Assembly: GCF_033153115.1 (NCBI RefSeq)
Contig: NW_026889751.1
Location: forward strand, 26,164,001 to 26,228,000
Direction of reading: 5' to 3'
From: Saccostrea echinata
Lineage: Eukaryota
Length of the DNA stretch: 64,000 nucleotides
The translations under genes were made by a program, and so were the position numbers. The notes beneath the pieces are model-generated. The model had not been told where the DNA came from and searched no databases. It saw nothing but the letters and a program-made list of their open reading frames with translations. Below are positions 26,670-40,100 of the stretch, piece by piece. Every line of letters starts with the position of its first letter. The stretch's first letter is position 1.

Positions 26670-27623
26670 ATGAAAATGAATAAGGATAGTGATGTCGTCA
26701 AAACTATTGCCAAAGTGTATGTTGGGGGGTTGGCTGAAAATGTTGAAAAACACCACCTAGAGGAGATTTTTGAAAGGTTTGGGCTCGTCAAAACCGTCTG
26801 GATTGCTCGAAATCCTCTCTCAAGAGGTTATGCTTTTGTGACTTTTTTCGAACCGAAACATGCAGAAGAAGCGGTAAAAGGAGTGGATGGCACTTCCTTA
26901 CTAGGTTCAAAGTTGAAAGTTCAACTGTCTAAAAATGAAATTGTGAAAATGGAGAGAGATCAAAAAGACAGAGAAAAAGACTCCAGGGATTTTATGGACC
27001 AAAGGAGACATCGGCCAAGGGACAGAGGCAGGTACGAAGATCGAAAACGAGGCAGATCGTGGGACAGGGAAAGGTCTCCGGTTGAGAGAAGGTATGATGA
27101 CGAACGTGCACGTGGGGTTTCGCCGACAACCCTGGACCCTGGGGTTATACAGGAATCCCTGATGCTACGAGAGGCTGTTCTCAGATCAGGTTTATCACCG
27201 TATTCGTTCATCACCAACTCACTTCTCCAAACTGCTGCACTTCCAAGTATTCCAATAACTTGTGTAAAGTCGCCTGCTTTTGGAACATCTTTGAACTATT
27301 TGCCCTATCCTCCTACGCTTACAGACTTGCGTCAGCAAAGTGACATTACTCCACATATCACAGGTCAGGGCATTATCCTGCCGACCGCAATCCCTCCTAA
27401 TGGCCCGCCATCTGTACCGTACCCCCATACAGTACCAGGTATGCATTCGTCATTCATTCAATCTTCAACTACATTTCCAACTCCGCAGCATCGACACGGG
27501 ACCAAAACAATGACACCGGAAGTCTCATGCACTGTTCATGGGAATGAATCTTCATCGGTCGGATTTTCATCAGGTGGACATCAACCAAATCATCCTCAAG
27601 GGGGTTCAGAGTTACCCAAATAG
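26670..27623 (+). CDS. SRSF3/SRSF7 (Rbp1)-like RRM protein with an R/D-rich segment and a Pro/Ser/Thr-rich tail; intronless CDS
   Basis: RNP2 VYVGGL, VWIARNP, RNP1 RGYAFVTF and LKVQLS as in SRSF3/7 RRMs; first ATG at 26670; probable 5'UTR intron 26472-26657 (AAG|GTATGA...TTTACTAG); AATAAA near 27730. Confidence 0.75.
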   Translation: MKMNKDSDVVKTIAKVYVGGLAENVEKHHLEEIFERFGLVKTVWIARNPLSRGYAFVTFFEPKHAEEAVKGVDGTSLLGSKLKVQLSKNEIVKMERDQKDREKDSRDFMDQRRHRPRDRGRYEDRKRGRSWDRERSPVERRYDDERARGVSPTTLDPGVIQESLMLREAVLRSGLSPYSFITNSLLQTAALPSIPITCVKSPAFGTSLNYLPYPPTLTDLRQQSDITPHITGQGIILPTAIPPNGPPSVPYPHTVPGMHSSFIQSSTTFPTPQHRHGTKTMTPEVSCTVHGNESSSVGFSSGGHQPNHPQGGSELPK

Positions 27624-28210
27624 TATATAATTTTCTACAGTTGAACGGGCATTGTACAACCTGACTTCATTTCTTGTATCTACTGGATTACTCAAACAGC
27701 AGAGTACTTTACGTTACCTGCATTAGAATAATAAAATGCCTGCGTTATAGTTTAAATCAATAAAATTAAATTACAAAAAATTCACTTTGTTCAAATTATT
27801 TATTTTTGTTCTTAACGCTACCGTACTTCTTCGACCCAATCGTCAGCTTGCCTTCAATTTCAACTTGACCAATTCAGTAATCGGATTAGATTTGAACAGT
27901 GTCGAAACAGCTTGGTCCATTCAATTAATCGATTTAACATTTACCACTCCTAATGTCTTTCTGTGTTCAAAGGTTAGTTCTAGTGCATACATTGGCAAGG
28001 TGCAACAGATTGACACACGCAAATGTCAAATACTCATACAGATATTGAATGTCAAATGACGTTGTACAGTTGACGTGTTTCGCCATTCATGGACATGTCT
28101 TCCTCTTTAGGTATGGAAACTACAACAAATACAAATCCATCTTACTTGGCTACTATCCTCTATATTACATGTATTCCTTGTTAAAATATAGCACTAAGTT
28201 CTATATTACA

Positions 28211-30686
28211 TTAATCTTTTTTACAATAGTTATGTTTTGAGTTACTTTCACATTCATGAAAATCTTCAAACAAAACATCACTAGACACGGGTAAAGGCAC
28301 AGGCAAGAATATTGATATAATCCAATATTTTCCAAAAACATCCAAAAAGTTCCTGAAGAATGATTTTCCCGTATGTCTGGCGATTCCTTTTCTAGACTCG
28401 TGTGTCGTCTGCCCAGATATAACTAGAAGCATATGCCAGAACCATAGCGAGGCTGCAATCATCCCAGCCGTCAGACACCCGTACATCATGACCACCAGGA
28501 AAAAATATTTTTCGTGTGGGTAATTCTCCGTAAGAAATCCCCAAACGATGTCATATATAATGGTAACGAATGTCTGTGGTCCATAAAATGTTGTATTAAA
28601 CAATTTCTTTAGGTACACTGTAAAAAATGTGTTTACAATTCAAACACTTTTCTAAACACTTTCTTGTCACCTCCTTTTTTATATGTTTAATTTCTAAACA
28701 TGTAAAATTCCTAAACATGTCTTAGAAAGTGTTTAGAATTTAAACACTTGTGTGCTTAGAAATTAAACATATCTAAACACATAAACACAAGTGTTTAAAT
28801 TCTAAACACATAACAGCAGATGTGTTTAATATCTAAACACATCATAAGTTTAATTTGTTCCTGCAGAAAAACAAAACATTCTCGTAAATTTAGGCACAAA
28901 AAGTATATGTTTTTTAAATGCGCATAATTGTCAAAATTTTAAAAATATGTAACCAATATTAATTATTTTCCATAAAGCCACTGAACGCTGGGATATGTAT
29001 TTAATTATACAATGCAATGGACACTGTGCGATGTACATGTACTTAATTTACACAAATAATGTAGGAGATAAAATTGGATAGATTTGATTAGTCTCAACAA
29101 TTCAATCAGAATGACACATAATTTATAACGTACACATAGATAACAAACTTTTAATCTTCAAAATTATTAAGAAAATAATATTAAGCTGACAATTTAATAT
29201 CAAAACTTCATTGAGTATTTCTAAAAGGCTTTATTAAAGAATTGTTAAAGTAAAAATACAAAATGTATATTTATATATATATTTATTATAATCATTATAA
29301 TTTGAATCGGCTGCAGAGTTTTCCTCATGTCAATCACAAAATATCAAATTTTATGAACTTTCAGCAAGTCCCAAAGCACCACATATTATAACCTATATCC
29401 CATCGATAACTACCAGAAAGTAATCCATTTCGAATACACGAGGATAATTGTAAACACCGTCGAATTAACACAGTAGTCTTCAACAAATGAAGTTTCAAAG
29501 TGTTGATTATGGAACAACAACATTCCACTTGAAGATGACACCAGGTACTCTGATACGTGTATTTTGAGTTCGGTCTGGACTACGTACGGTGCCTGTAGGA
29601 AAGAAAGCCAGAATTTAGAAAAAGTACACTATCACTGGTATTTTACATTACTTAGAAAAACAAAATTGTTCAAATTTTAGTGAAACTACACTGATATAAA
29701 TATAGATGTTTTTAATGACATTTAATATTATTTCCTCTCCTGCAAGTCAATGAACGAATTCAAGATATCCCAAGTCAACTTTATTTACGGTGCTCATCGT
29801 GGTTAATTAATGCAAAGAAGAAGAAAACAAACCTTTAATGCATTGCAGTAACAAGATGCCCTTTCACGTATTTCACTATTTCGTCATGGTTTTCCCTTGA
29901 ATTGGGTTGTCATAACTCTCATTGATACATCACCTTAGCTTGTTGTGTTTTCTTTGTTTAGGTAGCCGCTCAAATTAACGTTCAAATATATGTGTGTCAT
30001 TTCCGGGAAGATAACTCTGCACTTTACAGTGAAATGTGTTTAATTTCTAAACGCGTTTAGATATAAAACATGTTAAGACATAAGTGTTTAGTTGTTAAAC
30101 ACAATACTATACACGTTTAGATCTAAACATGTAATAGAAGTGTTTATTTCCTAAACACAATTTTTACAGTGTATAAAACAATTAAAAACATGCCGTAGAA
30201 CGTCCCCACCATCATGTAAAAACAGTACATCACAAAGTACTTATGATTGAAATACCCTATACAAACGGTCATGAAGAAACAGTGGTGGTCCCGCTTCAGA
30301 ATGCAGGTCTCACAAAGATAGCAATGATGGGTACGGATGGGAACAGTCTCGTGACAAACGCCACAATTTTTGAATTCCTTAGTTTTTAGTACCCTTTTCT
30401 TAAGTTCTTTGTTAAATCTGTGAATACTCGTATCTGTCCCAAGAATAAGGATACAGTTTCCAATGGCGTTCATAAAGACGAAAGCTATCACTATCTTATG
30501 GGTCCTAATGGTGTCGGGTTTGTGTTTGTACAGATTTGGTAAGATTTCGAACCACGATAAACCCGTCACCGTGAATGTCATCAGAGTAAAGTAAAGCAGG
30601 CACAGGATGCTCCCCAGGGCCATCAGGCGGGTCACAATTTTGATCCCCCTCCGACATCTGCATAGTATCCGACATGCTTGGATCAT
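28211..30686 (-). pseudogene. ZDHHC22-like DHHC palmitoyltransferase; single coding exon interrupted by a transposon (possibly a null allele)
   Basis: DHHC domain CGVC...RTHHCYLCETCILKRDHHCFFMTVCIGYFNHKYF and downstream GQTTHE motif. Removing 28616-30171 plus one TA joins ...GMFLIVL-Y-LKKLFNTT in frame, giving ~305 aa from the ATG at 30686 to the TAA at 28211. Confidence 0.85.
28616..30171. mobile_element. Non-autonomous CACTG-terminated (CMC/EnSpm-like) DNA transposon, 1,556 bp
   Basis: TIRs CACTGTAAAAAATGTGTTTA / TAAACACAATTTTTACAGTG; TA duplication at 28614-28615 and 30172-30173; dense subterminal TAAACAC/GTGTTTA repeats at both ends; no transposase ORF. Confidence 0.9.
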
Positions 30687-31524
30687 CACTGGTTTCTGCA
30701 AATAGTACACATAAACAAAGTGTTCCTGTTCTACAAATAGTTGTGTGCAACAAGTTAGATCGCATTTAAATGGTAACGATTTATAGCCGCTGTTTAAACA
30801 CAGTGCTAAATCGTCAGTAACCCAAATTAAATTCCTTACTTAAATCAATAGGTAAAGAAAATACGGGTACTTTAAATGTACTGTCATCAATCACGCAAAA
30901 TAGTCCAATAATAGCGAGAACGTCTTCATGACAGTAACGATCAATAACACGGGTCCCTATGCCGATAACTAGACAGGACATGATACTCTTGCTTCCCTTT
31001 TATGTTTTATACAAAATGGACTGATGGCCGTAATTAAATGCTGTGTGTCATAGATTGGCTTCGAAATATTATTATATTAATTCTAGAGACAAATGAATCA
31101 TCCAAAATAACAATGTGTAGCATTCTTTAATCAATTAATAGGACTGAGTCACTTTACAACATGAATATTTTTCTTTCACTTTTTACTGTCATAATTCACA
31201 GTAAAAATTCCGAAGCTGACCTGCATTTCACTTGTCATGAATAAGTAACGGGCACGAGCTTCCATCCCAAAATCACATTTCCCTTTGCGGTCAAGAGGAG
31301 GAAATTTATTATTTTTTTTTTATTATTCAGAACCAATTCAAACGTCAATGTAGACGGACGAACAGAAAATTTCGTATCTACTGAGTAGCACAAATTCCTA
31401 TATATGTTAAAACATGTGTCTTCTATATTGACTAAAGCTTTTGCAATATCAATCTGTATGTACTCCTATTCTTGATTTTCACGTTTAACATTCAAGTATT
31501 ACATTCATTGGAAGATTTAAAAGA

Positions 31525-31915
31525 GTTGCCGGTGCGCACCCTTAAAATTTTCAAATTTAAGATAAATTATTGTTTCAACTTTGAAAGATGAATGTTGGAT
31601 ATAGGGGCTTTTTTCTGTATTGTTGCAATACAGCGCTTTTGGGGTCTTCATCCCTAAGATTTTTCTCCCAAAGACCCTAAAATCAATTAGACGTTATAGT
31701 GTATATATTCTTATCATTAATTATGACGAGAGGAAACAGAAAAAATGTCTCCTTAAACGACTTTATCTTTGCCCTACTAAATCTCTAGAATCCAGTGGCT
31801 TTGACCCTGGGCACCCAACAGGGCTTCGCCCAGGACCCACTAGGGGGCCTTAATCTGGCCCCAAGTCCCCTAACTAGTTGCCCCCCCCCCTTTCAAATCC
31901 TAGATCGGCCCAGTA
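31525..31915. mobile_element. Partial MITE-like repeat with a GC-rich right end
   Basis: GC-rich segment GGGCTTCGCCCAGGACCCACTAGGGGGCCTTAA ending CCCCTTTCAAATCCTAGATCGGCCC; no clear matching left TIR. Confidence 0.4.
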
Positions 31916-32171
31916 AATTCTTTAGATTATCTTATTAAAAGGTAATCCAGATGTCAAAAAACTTTGTATGTACAATTTTTTTTGGGTCAAAATACAGATA
32001 ACCATGCCCTAAAGTAAAAAGCCAATGAGTTAGAAATTATTCAGGACCCAACTAGTTCGGAGTCGAAACGATATTCATCCATTCATTTAACAGCTGATGG
32101 TAGTAAACATCCGGTAACGAACACGACTTTAGTTTGTCCTATAAAATAAATGACTTAGATTGTGAGGAGAG

Positions 32172-33792
32172 ATGTGGGTATTCGGGTATGGATCTCTTAT
32201 TTGGAAAGTTGATTTCCCAATACACAGACAAGTTGTAGGGTATATAAAGGGGTACCACCGTAAATTCTGGCAAGGAAGTACTGATCATAGAGGAGTCCCT
32301 GGAAAGGTAAACGGTATTGTTTACAGTTTGAATATGCTTTGTAGAATATCTTTATAACAATATTTTTTACAAAAATATTTATATGCCACAGTCTTTCCAG
32401 GTAATCTTAACGAAAAATCAAAAGAACATGCGGTAAAAATACTGACGAAAAAATTCTAGAAACTTCTAGATCTACATTTATTGATTGGGTTCATTGATTG
32501 AAGATAAGACTAAAGAAGTTTTTATTACTTACATTATTATCATTCACTTTTATTTTTCTCATAAGGCCTGTTGTAATACAGTAATTTTAAAATTTCGTTA
32601 AATCTATATATGGCGAATCTGAGCTAAAAAATTATAATACGAGATTGAGTGTAGATATACATGATATAATGTTATTTACTTTCAAATTAAAATTTTCACC
32701 AATTTTGAACTGGAATAACCTCAGGTTTCTATAATTGAATTGACTTTAAATGTTTCTTTTATTTAAATGTGGAATTGGTAAATAAATTGGTTACTGTTTT
32801 AATTTTTTTATATTTTTGAAACGCGGTTGATTTAAATTGTGTAATTTACAGAAAAGTCCTATCTTTATATAAAGTAATAAATCAAATAGAAAGATATTTT
32901 AAATTTTGGTTATCTGAACTTATGAAAAATACACCATATATGACTTTAAGATACATATATTTTTCACAATAAACAATATGTAATTTTCCTTCCTTCTTTA
33001 ACATTCTAGCCTGGCCGGGTTGTAACCTTAATTAAATCATCGGATCCAGAGGTAAGTCATTAATTCTAATTACAGCATATGTCTAATCATTATGGAAACT
33101 GGTTAAAGATTAATGTTATAGTTCTATCTATTAAGGTGAAACTCTTCTAATCACAGTATCGTATTAACAACACATTCTGCCTTTTACATTGGATCTGAAT
33201 GTATGTACGCTAACAGACCATACACTGCCAAACACGAACAAACATACTGACTAAATAATAAACTGCGTACAAGTACTTTTATGTGTATTTCAAAATAAAG
33301 TGTCTTTTCAATGACAAAGCCCTTATTCTACAATATTCTGAAGTTAGCTATCATTAAACTAAATCTTGTATGTGAGTCATTTTATGTAAACTTATTTAAA
33401 ATTTGAATTTCTACCAGGAACAAGTTTGGGGAGTGGCTTATCAGATTGCACCAGAAAATGCCGAGTCTGTGAGAGCTCATCTCGACCACAGGGAAAAGGG
33501 AGGTTACTCCTGTGTAACAGAGTTATTTCACCCTGATGAAGACACAGTAGAACCATTCCAGCTAACAATATATATGGCCACTGAGACCAATACCAATTAT
33601 CTCGGTCCAGCACCTGTCAAAGACATTGCCAATCAAATAGTAAACTCTGTGGGACCCAGTGGCAAAAATACAGAATATCTGTTGAATCTTGCGGAGGCTG
33701 TACGAAAAATTTCTCCCCATGTTCATGACCCTCATCTATTTGAATTGGAGGCTGAAGTTTTAAAACTTTGTGAAGAGTTTTTGGAGTCATAA
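32172..33792 (+). CDS. CHAC2: Glutathione-specific gamma-glutamylcyclotransferase 2
   Basis: Exons 32172-32306, 33010-33051, 33418-33792 with GT-AG introns; 183 aa; [48 protein letters not shown]. Confidence 0.93.
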
Positions 33793-34163
33793 TAGAGGTT
33801 CTTGTATGTCAGAGGATACAATCTCACATTTGTTTGAAAAATAGTTCATTTTAGGTGTAACACGTCATGATTTATATAAAGAATTTGAAAAGAATATTGA
33901 TTTTGAAATATTCTTTATTTTGTTCTTCTGTGACCAGATGATACTAAAAATCCTATTTGAATAGTTTTGTTAAAAAAAAAAATGAAGATCATGTTAAAAC
34001 CATGACTTCACGATTGAAACAAATTCATATATTGCACAAAGGATAAGAAACTTACAAATAATTCACTATATATAAAGGACGGATATACAAAGGAATTGAA
34101 AAAAAAAACTATATTAAATCAGACGGTATTTAGAAAATACAGAAACTATATGTATCTCTCACA

Positions 34164-37100
34164 TTATAGATCTTTTTTCATCCATGATATTGCACTAGGA
34201 TCCCATCTAACTATATCTGGTCTGTCCTTCTGAGTGGTCCCTGTGGGTGGGGGAGGAGGGGGTGGAGGGGGAGGGGCTGCAGAAGGAGGGACTACAGGTG
34301 ACCCTGAGGGAGGTATGGAGGTATTTACAGAACCGCTGCTACTATCTCTCTCAGCTGTGATGTCTGGTAAAAACTTTTGCAACTGAAATTAAAGACAGAA
34401 TTTTAATCATGATAATCATTTTTATCAACTTACACTAAAGCAATCAAAATTTTAAACAATTTCAAAATGAGGCATAATAGCACAATAAGTAAATAGGCAT
34501 AATTCAAAATTGGGAATTACATTTCTAAATTGAGTGCATGTTTAATCATTTAAGTGATGATGGAGTCAAGAAGTAAAGAACAAAGCTACTGTTGAAAATT
34601 TGATTGAGTAAATAGCCTAGTCAGATAAGAAAACAATAGAAGATTTGATATGAGAATAAAAACTTCTATTGTATTCTTGTCAGTGTATAAAGCTATTTAC
34701 TCTGTTGATAAATTTTTAATAATTATAGCTTTGTTCTTCATGTACATCATCACTAGATTATACATACACTCAATTAAAAAACAAATTATTGTAATACAGC
34801 AATATACCCATTGCATTTCAATCTCACATGATTTACACTACCACCTGCTGATTAGAACAACCCAGAATTTGAGTATTACATCCAAAAAAAAAAGCAGCAT
34901 ATATATAAGCTATATATTGCTATTTAAATTTTGAAATACAGGCAAATGATTAAGATACTTTATGTTAATTCTTAAGTTTTGTCATCTCTGCATTACATGT
35001 ACCATTATTCCTTGAGGTGCTGTTTTTTACAATGCCAATTTTAGCACTAGCTGCCATGCTCAATATGTCTTTGAGAAAATAATTTCTCATATTCATGAAA
35101 TTACAAAGTTAATTTCAATTCTGTGTTTTTGATCTGCTCTCCTAAATGGATCCAAAGCCTGAAATTGTAATAACTATCATCTGAAATCAAAGAAAACTTG
35201 GATTAATACTTACAAAACCTTCTGGTAAAATATCTGTGTTGACACCAAAGCAGACTATAGGATCACAGAATGTGTAGCCTAAATGTTTGTAGAAGTCCTG
35301 CTTGTCATGGGTGCTCAGATATATTGTTGCCAACCCTTTGCTGAAAAATAAAAAAGAAATTGAATGCAATTCTCTCACCGAAATCACCCTTGCCATTGTC
35401 ACTTACAATATTCCATGCTGTGAGGAGTTATATGTACATTGTATTTTTTTTCTTTACCTCTTTGCAAATTGCTCTGTTTCAAGCATAATTTTCCTTCCAT
35501 ATCCCTTTCCACGTAGGCTTTTCCTGACAACAACTGCAAAAATATATTTATGGCACACATCAAAATAGTTACTGCACCAAACTTAATGTAATAGAACTGT
35601 CCTGTGTGTTTGGATATAAATTGGGCACTTAATAGCTCCAACTATTAGTGACTTTGAGTGGGTACATGAAACATGTTTTAAAAAACACTTGCAAGTATTT
35701 TACAGATAACACTATACATTATACAATGTATACATATACAGGGTGTTTCAAAATATCTGTTCTGATTACAATCTGGTATAGACATGCATCAGATTAAATC
35801 ACTATATATACATTTTAAAAAAAAAAAGGGAATATTTTTTAAACGTTATTTTGTCTTATATGATATCATAAAAACACTGTAACAGTGTTGAAGTGGTGCA
35901 GTTGTACTTAAAGATGTAAAATAATAAGGAAAAGGGAACCAACCTCAACCAAAATTTACATGAGGTAGATCTCAAAAATACTCCGTTTCTTACAGAAAAT
36001 ACCATGCAGCCAATGAAATAACAACTGGAATCATACAACAATAATTATTCTTTAATAAAAATGTAACCTTCTTCATTTATATATCGTTTTAAGTTGGGTT
36101 ATACACTTGTACTAACTTGATATCCAGTGTGCAAGTTCCTTTTTGTATAATTATATAGTGATCACGTAAAATCAAGCAAAGTATGTTACTGGCCCTGTGA
36201 TTCAAAATACAACTGCACCACTTCAACACTGTTACAGTATTTTAATGATGTCATGTAAGACATAATGTTTAAAAAATATTCACAATTTTTTTAAAGATGT
36301 AAAATTGTTTTCTTTCTTCCTTAGAATAATGTTTAATCTTTAAAGATATGATTAACACTAAAGATTTTATAGGCAATTGTAATGGGGACAGATATTATGA
36401 AACACTCTGTAATGAAAGGATTTTATCTTTAAAATTTAAAAATGCCTACTTTTCTGCAAAATTAATTTAGGAAAAAAAAAACACCTGAATAAAATGATGA
36501 CTCCAGAATATTGGTACATGTAATAAATTAAGGACAAACTTAATGAAGCAAATGCAGGAATTTGAAACTAATGAAATCTGTTTTTTGGGAAAAAAAAATT
36601 AATATACCTGATTCTACTAAGCACGAGTTGGGTTTTCCTTGGACTTTTGATAATCTGCTGTGAGCTACAACATTTTTCACTCCATCAAAGTCTCCTACAA
36701 TAATTAAACAGGTGGGAAAACTATCACAGGATTTCTGTAGGGAGTGTAACCTACAAAAAAAAGAGAGATGTTTGTGAAACACTTATGTCCCCTCCCCCCC
36801 CCCCCCCCCCCCCAAATAATTGGAATTTTTCTAAGTCCAAGGGGCATAACTCTGTCAAAAATTGCTTGATCATACCCAAAACAGAACTTGACCTAGATAT
36901 TTTTAGGATAAATCTGTATACATACCAAATTTCATTTCAGTATGTGCAACCTCTACAAAGAAAATGAACGGAAACTGCAAATAATTGGAATTTTCCTAAA
37001 TCCAAGGGGCATAATTCTGTCAAAAATAGCTTGGGATCGTACCCAAAACAGAACTTGACCTACCGTACATATTCTTATGATAAATCTGTATACCAAATTT

Positions 37101-40100
37101 CATTTCAACATGTGCAACCTCTGCGAAGAAAATGAACAGAAAGTGCAAATAAGTCCAAGGGGCATAACTCTGTCAAAAATTCTTCAATCTTACCCAAAAA
37201 CAGAAGTTGACCTAGATATTTTTATGATAAATATGTATTATATACCAAATTTCATTTCAGTATGTGCAGACTCTGCGAAGAAAATGAATGGAAACTGTTG
37301 TGGACCGACAGACAGACCAACCGACAGACAGCAGCAAAGCAATATGCCCTCCATTCTTTGAAGGGGTATGGGGGCATAAATAATTAAGAATTTAAAACAT
37401 TTTCAATTAGTGACTGTGAACAGTAAAATTATATATGTTTGACACTCAATACATGTACTTGTTTTCTTTAATTAAATAAGAAAATTGACATGAAGAGGGA
37501 CCCACTAAGGGCTGTCATATGAAAGTGACAAGTGGCATTGGTCTTACAATAAACCTTTAATACAAAATGTCTCTTTTGATTCATTACCATCTTACATAAA
37601 TCAACAGTTAGGTCTACATCATATTCGCACCAAACTTTACTCTGTCCATTTGAAACTTTTAAATAGTCTCTTGGAAAGGTCAAGGAAAGTCCATTTTTTG
37701 ATTCCTTGACACCAGAATATAGGCTCGGATCTGTGATTATGGATATTGCAAATCATAGGCTTTTTAAACCCCCACATTTTACTGAAGAAAATGCAGCTAA
37801 AACAATCTGTTTTTTCCTTAAACTTCAATATGCCAACAAAGGAATTGACACAGTTAATATAAGTAATATTCTTAATCACAAAAGGGTCCAGTCATGTATT
37901 TCACCATATTTCAAGTTAAAGACTACACCTTGTATTTCCTACAAATATACATTGACGAAGTATTGTTTTCAAACTTTTTTATTACAAGAAAACTTTACAG
38001 GGCCTGGATATCGAATATCTGACACATTTATTTAATCCTCCATCATGTGAACTTCATGTTCTTCTTCACCCTATAACTATAGTCCTGCTGGACACGTTAT
38101 TACTGGTGACGTAAAAAATACAATATAGTTAATAATGAGGACCTTAGATCACTAATTTCAAAAGGTCCTAAATATAGGGAACCCGATCCTTCAACTGGCG
38201 TCGGTATTTCATAAATATTATGGATTCTGTAGAGGATTACGCCAGACGATGGGCCAGATATGAAAAAGAAGACCTTGACACTTTGTCAGAATGGATTAAA
38301 TGTATCAGATGTATGATAAAATCACGCATTAAAAGATTGAGGGGCAATATGAGAACCATCTATCCTTCTGTATTCAATAATCCAGAAGTGAAAAAAGAAT
38401 TAGATAGATTACATGATCAGTATGTACTGGTCCCTGCTGACAAAGAAGGTAACAACATTGTCTTTGTTTGTAAGGCTCATTATATTCAATGTATTTTAGA
38501 GGAACTGGGATTTAATTCTGCAAGTGGTAATCTAACTTATACTCATAGTTCCCTTTCTAAGGAAGAAATTCTTCAAAATCATATGTCAGTTATACTTATA
38601 GTTCCCTTTCTAAGGAAGAAATTCTTCAAAATCATATGTCAGTTTTAAATATATTTAATATTCCAAACAACCAAAATGAATTTGAATTATCATATCTATA
38701 TTGGATTCCGAAACTTCATAAAAATCCTTACAAACAAAGATACATAGCGGGTTCCAGTAAATGTTCAACCAAGCCTCTTTCTTTACTCCTCACTAAGATA
38801 TTAACAGTAGTGAAGGAGAAACTTCAAGAGTACAGTGCAACAATATATTCGAGAAGTGGTGTAAATCAGATGTGGATACTTAAAAATTCCAAGAAACTTT
38901 TGGAAAATTTGAAATCACAAGATTTTACCAAAATCAACAACATAAAAACTTACAACTTTTCAACTTTATACACAAGCATTCCCCACGATAAATTAAAGTC
39001 CAGGCTTTTTGATATCATTGACAGCTGCTTTTTTAATAAAAATGGAACTCATAAATTTACTCACCTTGTCATTGGTCATTTGCAAAATTATTTTGTTAAA
39101 AAACATTCTGATTGTACACACAAGTACTCTGAAGTTGACATTAAAAAGATGAGTTTCTGATTGACAATATCTATGTGGTTTTTGGAGACCAGGCTCTGGG
39201 GCCATAAAACTTAGATGAGCTCACTTTTGATCTCAGTCTCACTTTTTCGCTATATATTCCTTTTGTAAAAGAGAGACTGAGATCAAAAGTGAGCTCGTCT
39301 AAGTTTTATGGTCCCGGAGCCAGATCTTCCAACAATCTATTGGAATTCCCATGGGTACCAATTGTGCCCCGTTATTAGCAGACCTTTTTTGTATTCATAT
39401 GAAGCAGAATTTGTCCAAAATCTTAGAAGTGAAAAGAAGAGAACACTTGCTGTGGCCTTCAACTCCACATTTAGATATATCGACGATGTATTGTCAATTA
39501 AAAATGGTTATTTCCATTCTTATGGTAATATGATATATCCTGGTGAGCTTGAGATAAAAGATACCACAGAGTCTAACACATCTGTTTCATATTTGGATAT
39601 TTTACTTAAAAAAGACGTTAATGGTAATCTAACAACCAAGCTTTATGATAAATGTGATGACTTTAACTTTTCAATCGTCAACTTCCCTTACTTATGTAGC
39701 AATATACCTTCATCACCTGCATACAGGTTTATATCTCTCAGTTGATTCGATATGCAAGAGCATGCTCTACCTATGTACAATTTCTAAAATGAGGTAAATT
39801 ATTAACAAACAAGTTGATGAAACAAGAATATCAGCAGTCTCGTTTAAAGTCATCATTTCGTAAGTTCTATTGTCGATACAATGACCTTCTCAGCAAATAC
39901 AATTTATCATTGAGTCAAATGCTGACTGACGTTTTTCATACTAATTGTTAGACCATTATTTACACATTGAATTGTCAACGGATTTTCCCATTATTTCCCA
40001 ATCATGACAAGGAGCACACGGTGGGTGTGACCGGTCGGCAGGGGATGCTCACTCTTCCATGGCACCTGATCCCACCTCTGATGTTTTGGAGGTCCATGTT

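Noticed and set aside
26474-26683. 69-aa Ser-rich ORF overlapping the start of the RRM gene
   Set aside because: It starts at the ATG inside a GTATGA donor and lies in the probable 5'UTR intron; low complexity.
29280-29610. Possible transposase or captured exon inside the CACTG element (minus-strand acceptor near 29594)
   Set aside because: The open stretch is short and I could not recognise any transposase motif.
39788-39794. In-frame TGA in the RT C-terminus as a possible selenocysteine codon
   Set aside because: The context (FLK*GKLL) fits a CGA-to-TGA decay of Arg, and the copy has many other stops and frameshifts.
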